Assembly: GCA_016215455.1 (NCBI GenBank)
Contig: JACRJP010000002.1
Span: forward strand, 87,622-151,621
Direction: 5' to 3'
DNA length: 64,000 nt
DNA from: Candidatus Tayloriibacteriota bacterium
Lineage (GTDB): Bacteria; Patescibacteriota; Minisyncoccia; Phycocordibacterales; PALSA-1337
Shown here in pieces: positions 30,098 through 40,129 of the stretch. Position numbers and translations under genes: made by a program. Below the pieces are notes generated by a model, which did no database searches, was not told the DNA's origin, and saw only the letters and a list, made by a program, of their open reading frames with translations. Numbering within the stretch: position 1 is the first letter of the stretch; each line of letters starts with the position of its first letter.

Positions 30098-31000
30098 TTG
30101 AACTACCCTCGCTCAACAATCAGCCTGAAAAATATTCTATTAATCCTAGGTGCTGTAGTCATCATCGGAGGGTCTCTTATTGTCTCAAAACGAAATACTG
30201 AAAAAAATAAAGCTGCACAACTTACGTATCAAGCACCACTTGTAGCAACTACAAGTCTCATCACCATTGAAGGGGATACTACAAAAGATTGGGAAAAAGA
30301 ACTGATTTCAACCCACACCTATGATCCAAAAAATCCCACAGTAAGTTTTTCAACAAGTACTAATGCCAAGGACAAGAAACTCACTTCAACTGAGATACTC
30401 GCTCGAACTTTGTTTGCAAAATACATGTCACTCAACCAGCTCGGTCTCGGAAAAGATCCTCAGAGTCAGCAGGATAGTATCAACGAAGTTCTTGCAGCAA
30501 GTCTCAAAGATTTTAATCCTCCTGTGTACAGTGATAAACAAATCAAAGTAAGCAGTGACACAAGTACTGATGCTCTAAAAAAATATGGTAACGCAGTTGG
30601 TGAAACTTTTCTTACAAACACTGTCAGTGCACGAAACGAGACTGTAATCTTGAAAGAGGCAGTTGAAAATAACGATCCAAAAGTTTTAGCTGAACTTGAT
30701 CCAACTCTCGCAAGTTATCGAAAGATGCTCGTTGGACTTTTTGCGATACCTGCTCCAAAAAATATGGCAGCAAATCATCTCGCCATGATCAACAACGTAG
30801 CTGGTCTTATTTATCTTATTGAAAATTTTAAAAAAGCTTTTACCGATCCTGTTATGAGTCTACAGGCTGTAGGATACTATCAACAAATAGCTGAAGGTCT
30901 TGGGATATCATTTACTAATATAAGAAATACTCTTATGCAAGGAAATGTTACCTACACAATCACAGAAGGGGGTTCATTCTTTATTGCACCACAAAAATGA
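30098..31000 (+). CDS. N-terminally membrane-anchored extracytoplasmic protein, first gene of the T4SS-like operon (hypothetical)
   Basis: TM ILLILGAVVIIGGSLIV followed by a 270 aa soluble domain. TATAAT at 30065-30070 just upstream. Confidence 0.5.
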   Translation: MNYPRSTISLKNILLILGAVVIIGGSLIVSKRNTEKNKAAQLTYQAPLVATTSLITIEGDTTKDWEKELISTHTYDPKNPTVSFSTSTNAKDKKLTSTEILARTLFAKYMSLNQLGLGKDPQSQQDSINEVLAASLKDFNPPVYSDKQIKVSSDTSTDALKKYGNAVGETFLTNTVSARNETVILKEAVENNDPKVLAELDPTLASYRKMLVGLFAIPAPKNMAANHLAMINNVAGLIYLIENFKKAFTDPVMSLQAVGYYQQIAEGLGISFTNIRNTLMQGNVTYTITEGGSFFIAPQK

Positions 31001-32685
31001 AACTAGCTATTTTCAAAAAAATAACTCCTCTTTTCCTTATACTTGCTCTTACTCTTTCAAGTATCTCTCCACTCTTTGTTCCAAAAGAAGCTAAAGCTTT
31101 ATTCGGCTTCGGAGATATCGTTAATGACCCTTGGAACACAATCCAAAATACAATTTCTGCATCAGGAAGTGCCATTCGTACAGGTCTTCAAACAAGTCTC
31201 AACTTAAAGGAATTCACTCTCGATGCAATCGCATATGCCCTTGCAAAACAAATACTCCGTCAGGTTGTAAGTGACACCGTCAATTGGATCAACTCAGGCT
31301 TCGATGGAAACCCTGCTTTCCTTAGTGATCCAGCAGGATTCTTTTTGGGAATAGGGGATGAGATTCTTGGAAAATTCCTTGAGAGTATGGAGCTCACCAA
31401 CTTCCTTTGTTCACCATTTAGTATCGATGTTCGTATTGCTATCGCTTTCCGTTATCGTCCATTCTCAAAACGAGTACCGTCATGTACCCTAAGTCAGGTA
31501 ATTAAAAATAGTGAAAATGCCATTGAAGGAGCAAACATTAACGGTTTCACTGCTGGTGATTTCAAACAAGGAGGCTGGCCTGCATTCGTATCACTCACAA
31601 CAGAACCTCAAAACAATCAGTATGGTGCATTTATCGAAGCAGATAACGAACTTTCGATTCGAATTGGCAACAAAACACTTCTCAAACAAAACGACCTACT
31701 TCAAGGTAAAGGATTCCTATCTTGGGAAAAATGTACCGATATTCCTGTAAGTGCATCATCAAATACCGTAGGGCCTGTAGCGGCAGAGGCGCCAACTTTT
31801 TCTGAACAAGCTGGAATTTTCAATGCAGATGCATACAGCGGCACGGCACCAGCTGTACCGGCAAACTATGTTGAAAAAAATCCAGCAATGGTACCCCAGC
31901 AACACTGCGAAACACAAACTCCTGGATCAGTTATCTCTGGTCAACTCGAAACATCTCTTGGATCTCCAATTCGAGAGTTGGAACTTGCTGATGAAATTAA
32001 CGAAATTGTTAATGCTCTTTTTGCTCAACTCATCAAACAAGTTCTTACAAGTGGTCTTCGGGCTATCACCGGAAGTAGTCCAGGTGATCCTGACTCATAT
32101 ATCACTAAACTTGAAAATGAACGAGTTCAGAGCGACAGCCAACTTCAAACTATCAAGCTTAATATCCTAGAAAGTATTGATCGTTATATTAACCAAGGGG
32201 AAAAATACAAGACTGACAAAGAGACATCTCTGAAATACGGTTTGGATACAAAGAAACAACTCGATGATGTAAAAACTTGCTTCGAGACAAAACTCACTGC
32301 GGTATATACGCCACCACTCCGTGAAGATCAAAAGAATTTTGCAGCAAACAGTATTGCTCGAGCCGAATCAATCATCGTAACAAGTGTTGCTTCAACAACA
32401 ACACACCTTTACAGTGACGTTCTCTTTGCTGACGCACAAATAGCTCGTCTTGCTACAATTAAAGCGACAGTAACACGGGCTACTACAGTCAATGACATCA
32501 GCCCTCTAGCAAATGAGTATAACGGTCTTATAACTACCGGCGCGGTCATTGATGAAAGTGACACTACTCGAGCACAAACACAAATTACATTAGTACAAGA
32601 AGAAATGGATCCAATCCGCCAGACAGCAACTCGGCTTCAGCAGTCATGTAACCTGTTCCCATCAGTTATTACACCAATACCTTAA
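30997..32685 (+). CDS. Secreted 562 aa protein (hypothetical) in T4SS-like operon
   Basis: Signal peptide MKLAIFKKITPLFLILALTLSSISPLFVPKEAKA. Start overlaps the upstream stop (ATGA). Confidence 0.5.
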   Translation: MKLAIFKKITPLFLILALTLSSISPLFVPKEAKALFGFGDIVNDPWNTIQNTISASGSAIRTGLQTSLNLKEFTLDAIAYALAKQILRQVVSDTVNWINSGFDGNPAFLSDPAGFFLGIGDEILGKFLESMELTNFLCSPFSIDVRIAIAFRYRPFSKRVPSCTLSQVIKNSENAIEGANINGFTAGDFKQGGWPAFVSLTTEPQNNQYGAFIEADNELSIRIGNKTLLKQNDLLQGKGFLSWEKCTDIPVSASSNTVGPVAAEAPTFSEQAGIFNADAYSGTAPAVPANYVEKNPAMVPQQHCETQTPGSVISGQLETSLGSPIRELELADEINEIVNALFAQLIKQVLTSGLRAITGSSPGDPDSYITKLENERVQSDSQLQTIKLNILESIDRYINQGEKYKTDKETSLKYGLDTKKQLDDVKTCFETKLTAVYTPPLREDQKNFAANSIARAESIIVTSVASTTTHLYSDVLFADAQIARLATIKATVTRATTVNDISPLANEYNGLITTGAVIDESDTTRAQTQITLVQEEMDPIRQTATRLQQSCNLFPSVITPIP

Positions 32686-32687
32686 TT

Positions 32688-34949
32688 ATGAAGAAAGTAA
32701 TTCTTTACATTCTCATACTCGCAATCTTTATACCGACGACACTCGGGGTCTTTACGCCTAAGACAGCTCAAGCAAGTTGCGTCCCTTCACTTTCAGCAAC
32801 AATCACAGGTGGTTTTAAGATAACAGACTGTATCAATGAAGTTTCAACACTTGTCGTCTTTCCAATAGTAGGAAAGTTTCTTCAAGTAAGTGGTTTCTTA
32901 TTCGGTCTTTCAGTAAAAGCGAACCTAGGTATAGCAAATCTTGTTGATACAACAACAAATGGAGGAAGTGTTATTGGGGAAGTATGGAAAAACATCCGAG
33001 ATCTTTCAAGTATTTTCTTTATCGGAATGCTTTTATATGCATCATTCGCAATGATCCTTGGTGTAAGTGGTCCAAATGTAAATCAACTCATTGTATCAAT
33101 GGTACTTGCAGGACTTCTTATCAACTTTAGTCTATTCGGAACACGACTTATTATCGACGCATCAAACACCGTCTCATTATTGTTTTACAACGCCATAACT
33201 CCAGCGGGAAGTGCGGCAACATACGATGCGAGTTTTGCTGGTGGGTTAGGGGGCGGAATCGGAAGATTTATTGATTCTAAGATTGATGATGGTGGAATCT
33301 CAAACAATATCATGAGTGCTCTTGAGATGCAGACATTATTTGCTTCAGTCAAACAAAAACCAGGACAGTGGGTTCTCCAATCAATCGTTACAATGATCGG
33401 TGGCACCTTCCTCATGATTATTGCTGGTCTAGCATTCCTTGCTGGAGCACTCATGTTTGCTTACCGCCTTGTGATCCTCATTCTCCTCATGGCATTTTCT
33501 CCATTACCTGTCATTGCAATGATTCTTCCACAGACAGGGAAGTACGCAAAAGAATGGACTGATACTCTTATTAGTCAGTGTTTGTTTGCTCCTATCTATC
33601 TATTCCTTATGTATGTTGCGCTCAAGATTGCAACTGATCAAAGACTCATAGCTTTGTTTGGAGCACAACGCAAAACAGGCCTTGCTGATGTTATGAATCT
33701 CAATAATGCAGCAGGTCTCAGTGTTGGTCCTCTTCTTCAATATACAATTGTCATTATGTTGATGTACTACGCTCTCGTTGCTGCAAAATCATACGGTGGA
33801 CACGGTGCAGATATGGGAATTAAATGGATGAAAGGAGTTCAGTCATGGGGACAAGGGTTCGTGGGAAGAAACTTTGTTGCACGCCCAGCTCGAATGGTGG
33901 GAAATCTTTATGATAAAGCTCTCTCTGATCCAAAATCAGGACGCGTTACGAGTGTTCTAGCAAAAATCGGAAAGGTTACTGGGGTTGATCGTGGTATTCG
34001 CGAGACACTCTCTAGTATTGAAAAAGATAAATATGGCAACACAACTCTTGAAGGAGAAGAGAAGGCTGATAAGGCTCGTCTCAAAGATCTTAAAAACTTA
34101 CGAGAAGGTGGTAACCGTACTTCAAAAATCGAAAATGCTCTCAAGGTTCTTAAAAATGGTGGAACGGAAGCAGAACTTGGTAAGGCGCATAGCGATCTAA
34201 AGGATGCTATAAAAACAATGAGTTCTGCTGAATTAAAAGAATTGGACAAAGATACACTTAAAAACGAACACTTTGCAGCACGTCTTTCTTCGTCACAATT
34301 TGAATCTCTCATGAAAAACGACGACATCTCGGAATCTGATAAAAATAAAATCAAAGAGGCTCGTGCAACCGGTGTTACAAAACTCATTAATTCAAAAGGA
34401 ACTGTTACAAAAAAGAATAAGGATGGTAAAGAGGAAACAAACTCTGTTATGGGTCCAAACGAACTTCTCGCAGAAGGGAATATTGATCTTGCAAAACTTA
34501 GTACGGAGAACCTTGAAAAGCTTGCTCCATACCTTAGTCGTGGTAAGTATGAAAACCTCATGAAAGAAAATGATAACCCTGATCGCAACATCAGTGAAGC
34601 TGCAAAAGAAAAAATTACAGCGGCTCGGAAAAAATTCCTTGAAAGTAAAATGTTTGAAAGTGCTCCAGTTGCACCAGATAGTGCTGATGCTGAAGCTGTA
34701 GGACGACTTGTTAAATCAATGAAACCTGACGAGTTGTTCCCAATCATAGGAAATGATCTCGCAAAACTTACAAAACTTGCACCGTATCTACAAAATGATC
34801 ATCTACAGAAGATTGTTAGTGAATTTGATAAAGATACACAATTAGACATTGCCATGAAAATTATAGACCTTGATAAAAATGTTTATAAGAAAGTTCCTGG
34901 AATAGGTTTCGCTCGAAAAGTATGGAATCTATCATCAACACATCCATGA
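32688..34949 (+). CDS. VirB6/TrbL-like polytopic membrane protein with long K/E-rich C-terminal tail
   Basis: Signal/TM1, then at least 5 further TM helices across residues 100-330, then a 400 aa hydrophilic tail with internal repeats (DLAKLSTENLEKLAPYL / DLAKLTKLAPYL). Architecture typical of the T4SS channel subunit VirB6. Confidence 0.5.
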   Translation: MKKVILYILILAIFIPTTLGVFTPKTAQASCVPSLSATITGGFKITDCINEVSTLVVFPIVGKFLQVSGFLFGLSVKANLGIANLVDTTTNGGSVIGEVWKNIRDLSSIFFIGMLLYASFAMILGVSGPNVNQLIVSMVLAGLLINFSLFGTRLIIDASNTVSLLFYNAITPAGSAATYDASFAGGLGGGIGRFIDSKIDDGGISNNIMSALEMQTLFASVKQKPGQWVLQSIVTMIGGTFLMIIAGLAFLAGALMFAYRLVILILLMAFSPLPVIAMILPQTGKYAKEWTDTLISQCLFAPIYLFLMYVALKIATDQRLIALFGAQRKTGLADVMNLNNAAGLSVGPLLQYTIVIMLMYYALVAAKSYGGHGADMGIKWMKGVQSWGQGFVGRNFVARPARMVGNLYDKALSDPKSGRVTSVLAKIGKVTGVDRGIRETLSSIEKDKYGNTTLEGEEKADKARLKDLKNLREGGNRTSKIENALKVLKNGGTEAELGKAHSDLKDAIKTMSSAELKELDKDTLKNEHFAARLSSSQFESLMKNDDISESDKNKIKEARATGVTKLINSKGTVTKKNKDGKEETNSVMGPNELLAEGNIDLAKLSTENLEKLAPYLSRGKYENLMKENDNPDRNISEAAKEKITAARKKFLESKMFESAPVAPDSADAEAVGRLVKSMKPDELFPIIGNDLAKLTKLAPYLQNDHLQKIVSEFDKDTQLDIAMKIIDLDKNVYKKVPGIGFARKVWNLSSTHP

Positions 34950-35560
34950 TAAACACAAATATACCTTCAGAAATACTTGATGTTGCAAATTCTGCCGCCT
35001 TATTTGATAAGGTAGAACTTGTCACAAAACCATTTGAACTTCACATCAACCAAGTAGGTGAATTAGACTCTATCGTGCGACAAGCACTGAAAGGTGAAAT
35101 TCCTCGTGAAGAAATCTTGAAATATATTGTCGAGAACCTCGAGGTTGATGATGTTACTGGGAGTAAAATTCTTAAAACAATCAATCTCGAAATATTCCAA
35201 AAACTTCGTGAGCTCATTCTTGAGACTCACAATGAAAAGGAAGGTGGTAATGCTGAAGAAACATTAGCTCAAATCGAAAATACCGTGACGGAACCACTTG
35301 CGACAAAGTTACCTATAAATGTATTAGAAAAAAATACACCTCACGATCTCGCAAAAATTCCTGGCCAAACAGCGCACAATGTTCCTCATGTTGAACAAAC
35401 ACCACCAACACCTCCAATTGTCGAAAAACCTCGAAATCCCTTGCAGGGCCTAACTGCTCCTGTCCATAATCCAATGGAATCAGAGGTTCTTCAACCAAAA
35501 AAATCTCCTAACACACGTGGATACGACACAGTAGACCCATATCGTGAGCCGATTAATTAG
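34946..35560 (+). CDS. Soluble acidic protein with Pro-rich C-terminus (hypothetical) in T4SS-like operon
   Basis: ATG at 34946 overlaps the upstream stop by 4 nt. No TM segment. Confidence 0.45.
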   Translation: MINTNIPSEILDVANSAALFDKVELVTKPFELHINQVGELDSIVRQALKGEIPREEILKYIVENLEVDDVTGSKILKTINLEIFQKLRELILETHNEKEGGNAEETLAQIENTVTEPLATKLPINVLEKNTPHDLAKIPGQTAHNVPHVEQTPPTPPIVEKPRNPLQGLTAPVHNPMESEVLQPKKSPNTRGYDTVDPYREPIN

Positions 35561-35628
35561 GGCTGACGATAAGTAATCCCCTAAAGCTCTACAGAAGAGT
35601 AAAATGACAGTGTATACTATAGGTACGT

Positions 35629-36069
35629 ATGCGTTTCCAAGTCCCACAATTTATCGAAGTTGAGGATAAAGTCTTCGGACCACTCACCGTTAAGCAATTC
35701 ATCTATATTGCTGGTGGGGGAGGAGTTTCATTCATTATATGGTCACTTATCCCAGTTCCTCTCGTATTCAAACTAGTTATCATCCTCCCAATTATTGCAT
35801 TCTCATGCGCTTTGGCATTCTATAAGGTAAATAACAAACCCTTTATTAACGTTGTTGAAGCTGCATTCAAATATTTCTTTGCATCAAAGCTCTATATTTG
35901 GAAAAAAGCACCCAAAAAACCAGAAGTAGTAATGGCAGAGAGTCCACAGAAGCTTGTTGATGAATATAAGAGTATACTTGTACCAAAGATATCCGAAAGT
36001 AAACTCAAAGATCTCACATGGAGTCTCGATATTAAGGAAAGTATGTATTCCAACAAAAATCAACGCTAA
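35629..36069 (+). CDS. Small two-TM membrane protein, VirB3/PrgI-like position (hypothetical)
   Basis: 146 aa; hydrophobic hairpin FIYIAGGGGVSFIIWSLIPVPLVFKLVIILPIIAFSCALAF. Lies directly upstream of the VirB4-like ATPase, as VirB3 homologues do. Confidence 0.4.
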   Translation: MRFQVPQFIEVEDKVFGPLTVKQFIYIAGGGGVSFIIWSLIPVPLVFKLVIILPIIAFSCALAFYKVNNKPFINVVEAAFKYFFASKLYIWKKAPKKPEVVMAESPQKLVDEYKSILVPKISESKLKDLTWSLDIKESMYSNKNQR

Positions 36070-36707
36070 TGGCAAAAATATCAGGAACAACTCAAGAATT
36101 TGTACCGATCCGAGAAATACGAGATGGTGTTGTTATCTTGAAAGATGGCTCAATGAGAGCAATCGTTATGGCTTCATCTCTCAACTTTGCTCTCAAATCA
36201 ACAGATGAACAAAACTCTATCATCTATCAGTTTCAGAATTTCATCAACTCTCTTGATTTCTCTGTACAAATCTTTGTGCAATCAAAAAAGCTTGATATAC
36301 GGCCGTATATTAGTCTTCTTGAAGGACGCTATAAGGAGCAGGGTACTGATCTTATGAAGATCCAAACTCGTGAATACATTGAATTCATCAAAACTTTCGT
36401 TGAAAACAGTAATATCATGACAAAAAGCTTCTTTATAGTAATCCCTTATAGTCCTCCTGTTATCAATGACTCTCACAACCCAATCAAAAGTCTCCTCGGA
36501 AACTCATCGAGTGACAAAACAAAGGTGAGTGGCAGTGGATCATTCGATGAAAGTCGAACACAACTTGAACAACGTGTAGGAGTTGTGGAACAAGGTTTAA
36601 CACGCTGTGGAATTCGCGTAGCAGAACTTGGAACAGAGGAAATTGTCGAGCTCTTCTATAAGATATTCAATCCAGGAGACATGGAGAAGCCAATTCAACA
36701 ATCATAA
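36069..36707 (+). CDS. 212 aa soluble protein immediately 5' of the VirB4-like ATPase (possible detached VirB4 N-terminal domain)
   Basis: Start overlaps the upstream stop by 1 nt. Ends in TAA one nt before the ATG of the ATPase gene. Confidence 0.45.
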   Translation: MAKISGTTQEFVPIREIRDGVVILKDGSMRAIVMASSLNFALKSTDEQNSIIYQFQNFINSLDFSVQIFVQSKKLDIRPYISLLEGRYKEQGTDLMKIQTREYIEFIKTFVENSNIMTKSFFIVIPYSPPVINDSHNPIKSLLGNSSSDKTKVSGSGSFDESRTQLEQRVGVVEQGLTRCGIRVAELGTEEIVELFYKIFNPGDMEKPIQQS

Positions 36708-36708
36708 T

Positions 36709-38520
36709 ATGGGAATTTTAAATAAAATTTTTGGCAAAAAACAGGAAGAGGCCGTTGTATCAGTACTTCCACAAGAAATATATGAAGCTGGGGTGCTCGA
36801 ACTTCAGGATGTTATTGCTCCTTCAGCCCTTAAAATAAGTCCAAAAGAACTCAATCTTGGAGAAAAAGTAGCTCGTACTTTCTTTGTGATTTCATACCCA
36901 CGCTACCTTACTGACAGCTGGTTTGCCCCTATCATCAACCTTGATAAGGTTTTTAACATCTCAATCTTCATTCATCCGGTTGAAACAGCTAAGATCCTTC
37001 GACATTTCCAAAAGAAAGTAGCCGAAGTACAAAGCCAAATCAATGAACGTGAATCAAAAGGTCTCGTTCGTGATCCAATGCTCGATACTGCATATCAGGA
37101 TCTTGAACAACTTCGAGACAATCTTCTACAAGCACAAGAAAAGATCTTTGATGTCGGTGTGTACATCACAATATATGGTGATAACGATGGAGAATTGGAT
37201 AAGATAGAATCTGAGGTTAAATCAATCCTCGAAGCAAAACTTGTATACATCAAACCCGCACTCTTCCAACAAGCAGAAGGGTATAAGAGCGTACTACCGA
37301 TCGCTGATGATGAACTCATGGTTCATTCAAAGCTCAACTCAGCCCCACTTTCGAGTCTCTTTCCATTTGTTTCATTTGACCTTACATCAGACAAAGGAAT
37401 TCTCTATGGTATTAATCGTCATAATGCCAGTTTGGTACTCTTTGATCGATTTCTTCTTGAAAACTACAACTCAGTGACATTTGCAAAGGCTGGTTCTGGT
37501 AAATCATATTGTACAAAACTCGAAATTCTTCGAACACTTATGTTCGATACAGAAGTTATCGTGATCGACCCTGAACGCGAATATGAATACATGGCCGAAG
37601 CAACAGGAGGAAAGTACTTCAACATCTCACTTACATCAGAACACCACATCAATCCATTTGATCTTCCTGTACCACGCGAAGACGAAGCTCCATCAGATGT
37701 TCTTCGTTCACATATTGTTAATCTTGTAGGACTCTTCCGTATCATGATGGGAGGTATCAGCCGTGAAGAAGATGCGATTATTGATCGAGCAATTACCGAA
37801 ACATACGCTCTTAAGGATATTACTCCTGAGGCAGACTTTGCAAAGGTGGAACCACCACTCATGTCAGACTTTGAATATGTTCTTGCTGGCATGGAAGGAG
37901 GAGAGTCGCTTGTACAACGCCTTACGAAGTATACGAAGGGTACATGGTCAGGTTTCATCAATCGTCCAACCAACGTTGATATTAATAAAAAGTTCGTGGT
38001 GTTCTCTCTTCGAGATATGGAAGACGAACTCAAGCCAGTAGCAATGTATATTGTTACACACTTCATCTGGAACGCTATTCGTAAAAATCTCAAAAAACGC
38101 CTTCTTGTAATCGACGAGGCATGGTGGATGATGAAATCTGAAGATACGGCTTCATTCCTACTTGGTTTGGCAAAACGAGGTCGTAAATACTATCTTGGAC
38201 TTGCAACGATTACCCAGGACGTTGATGACTTCCTTAAATCTCCATATGGTCTACCTATCATCACCAACTCATCGATTCAGATACTTCTCAAGCAATCTCC
38301 ATCATCAATCGACAATATCCAGAGAACATTTAATCTCACTGATGAGGAAAAATATCTTCTTCTTGAATCAGATGTAGGAGAGGGGATATTCTTCGTGGGA
38401 CTAAAACATGTTGCAATCAAGGTTATTGCTTCATATACCGAAGATCAGATTATAACGACAAATCCTTCGCAAATTCTTGAAATTAAGCGTGCAAAGAAAG
38501 AACTCGAGGCTTCTCAATAA
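36709..38520 (+). CDS. VirB4/TrbE/TraC-family type IV secretion ATPase
   Basis: Walker A FAKAGSGKSY, Walker B LLVIDEAWWMM, and a conserved LATITQDVDDF block. 603 aa from ATG 36709; the ORF track gives 36628 in the same frame. Confidence 0.7.
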   Translation: MGILNKIFGKKQEEAVVSVLPQEIYEAGVLELQDVIAPSALKISPKELNLGEKVARTFFVISYPRYLTDSWFAPIINLDKVFNISIFIHPVETAKILRHFQKKVAEVQSQINERESKGLVRDPMLDTAYQDLEQLRDNLLQAQEKIFDVGVYITIYGDNDGELDKIESEVKSILEAKLVYIKPALFQQAEGYKSVLPIADDELMVHSKLNSAPLSSLFPFVSFDLTSDKGILYGINRHNASLVLFDRFLLENYNSVTFAKAGSGKSYCTKLEILRTLMFDTEVIVIDPEREYEYMAEATGGKYFNISLTSEHHINPFDLPVPREDEAPSDVLRSHIVNLVGLFRIMMGGISREEDAIIDRAITETYALKDITPEADFAKVEPPLMSDFEYVLAGMEGGESLVQRLTKYTKGTWSGFINRPTNVDINKKFVVFSLRDMEDELKPVAMYIVTHFIWNAIRKNLKKRLLVIDEAWWMMKSEDTASFLLGLAKRGRKYYLGLATITQDVDDFLKSPYGLPIITNSSIQILLKQSPSSIDNIQRTFNLTDEEKYLLLESDVGEGIFFVGLKHVAIKVIASYTEDQIITTNPSQILEIKRAKKELEASQ

Positions 38521-38526
38521 AACTCC

Positions 38527-39072
38527 ATGGCACAAAAAGGATCTATGTCAGCAGGAAAGTGGTTCATCCTCTATGTTATTAGTGGTTTTGTTGATCTTCT
38601 CCAAATAATTCTTGATTTTTTTGCTATTGGAATTGTAATCAATAGAGTTATTGATATCTTTTTAGGACTTGGATTACCTATATATCTTCATCTCAATGGA
38701 ATTCCAATGTTCGAGACAAAGAATTTAATGCTCTATATATCTGTATTTATTGGTGAAGAAATTCCTCTTGTTGATGCACTTCCATTATGGACTTTTGAAG
38801 TTTGGCGTATGCATAAGAACTATATAACATCACAATTAACAGAGGCTGTCCCCGCACTTACCCCAACAGCTCAAGCTATGAGTGGTATTAAAAATCCTCA
38901 ACAAACTCCACCTCTTAATAAAGATGGGGTACGCCAGCCACCACAAAGACAACGCGTACAGCAAATTAAGGTCAATACTTCTCAAAAACAACAAGAAGCA
39001 GATATTATATCCCCTGACTTCAATCAAACTTCTGAGAAATCCTCAGATGATGACCTTAAAGAGGCAGCATAG
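38527..39072 (+). CDS. Polytopic small membrane protein with Gln/Pro-rich tail (hypothetical)
   Basis: 3-4 predicted TM helices in the first 110 residues. Confidence 0.45.
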   Translation: MAQKGSMSAGKWFILYVISGFVDLLQIILDFFAIGIVINRVIDIFLGLGLPIYLHLNGIPMFETKNLMLYISVFIGEEIPLVDALPLWTFEVWRMHKNYITSQLTEAVPALTPTAQAMSGIKNPQQTPPLNKDGVRQPPQRQRVQQIKVNTSQKQQEADIISPDFNQTSEKSSDDDLKEAA

Positions 39073-39091
39073 TATGCTAAAATAATAGGGT

Positions 39092-40126
39092 ATGCATTCT
39101 CGTACTCTTAGAATTTTGACTGTCTTCTTCATAACCCTTGTTGTTGTAGGGACACTAGCTTCAACCCCACTCACTGTTTCAGCACAACAACCTTATGATT
39201 CTTTTGCCATTGAAACTACACCAACAAATCCAGCACCCGGACAAAGTGTAGTTGTTCAAGTAAAAAGTCTTTCTTCAGACATCGCACACGCTGATATTGC
39301 TTGGTATGAAGGATCGACCTTACTCAAAAGAGGGAATGGTCTCTCACAAATTACCGTCACAGCCCCAAAAAACGGAACTTCTATGAAGATTACCTCTATC
39401 ATTAGGGCGTCTGATGGAAAATCGTCAACACAGACAGTAACTATCCGCTCTGGTGAGGTTGATATGTCATGGGAAGCTCTAACATACACACCACCTCTAT
39501 ATCAGGGTCGTAGTATCTATACAAGTCAATCGAATATTAAAATTGTCGCACTTCCAAATCTTCGTGATAACAACGGTCGTTTAATTTCTCCTGATGATCT
39601 TGTGTACAAATGGAAAAAAGACTCAACAGTACTCGGAAGTCTTTCTGGATATGGAAAACAGAGCCTTACTCTAAAAGGAGACATTGTATCTCGGCCTTTT
39701 ACAATTACCGTAGATGTTGCTTCTCGCGACAATAGTATTAAAGGTCAAGGTTTTATGAATGTCGATGCTGTTGATCCTGAGGTACTACTCTATGAAGAAG
39801 ATCCTTTGTACGGTGTACTCTACAATCGTGCTGTTGGTGAACAGTTTTCATTAAAAAACGAAACAAAACTTACTGCTGAACCATATTATTTTTCTACAAC
39901 AAACAAAAGTGACTCTGCTTTACGTTATACATGGAGTATTAATCGACTTGAACAAAACGATATTCGAGGAACAAATCTTATCCTACGACCAAAAGGGGAT
40001 GTGGAAGGAGTTTCTTTAATTTCTCTTAGAATTGATAACTTACGAGAAATTCTCCAAAGTAGTTCAGCTGAAATTGGGGCATACTTTAGTAAAAAACAAC
40101 AAGAGGAGCTTCCTTTATTTCAATAA
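39092..40126 (+). CDS. Secreted beta-rich protein (hypothetical, possible surface/adhesin component)
   Basis: Signal peptide MHSRTLRILTVFFITLVVVGTLASTPLTVSAQ. Repeated Ser/Thr-rich beta-like segments. Confidence 0.5.
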   Translation: MHSRTLRILTVFFITLVVVGTLASTPLTVSAQQPYDSFAIETTPTNPAPGQSVVVQVKSLSSDIAHADIAWYEGSTLLKRGNGLSQITVTAPKNGTSMKITSIIRASDGKSSTQTVTIRSGEVDMSWEALTYTPPLYQGRSIYTSQSNIKIVALPNLRDNNGRLISPDDLVYKWKKDSTVLGSLSGYGKQSLTLKGDIVSRPFTITVDVASRDNSIKGQGFMNVDAVDPEVLLYEEDPLYGVLYNRAVGEQFSLKNETKLTAEPYYFSTTNKSDSALRYTWSINRLEQNDIRGTNLILRPKGDVEGVSLISLRIDNLREILQSSSAEIGAYFSKKQQEELPLFQ

Positions 40127-40129
40127 AAT

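Noticed and set aside
33908-34747. 279 aa Ser/Phe/Leu-rich ORF on the minus strand
   Set aside because: It lies antisense within the K/E-rich repetitive tail of the VirB6-like gene. Its low-complexity composition is the mirror image of the sense-strand codons, with no start context, so I treated it as a shadow ORF.
37464-38093. 209 aa minus-strand ORF inside the VirB4-like ATPase gene
   Set aside because: It is antisense to a gene with strong Walker motifs, with no independent support.
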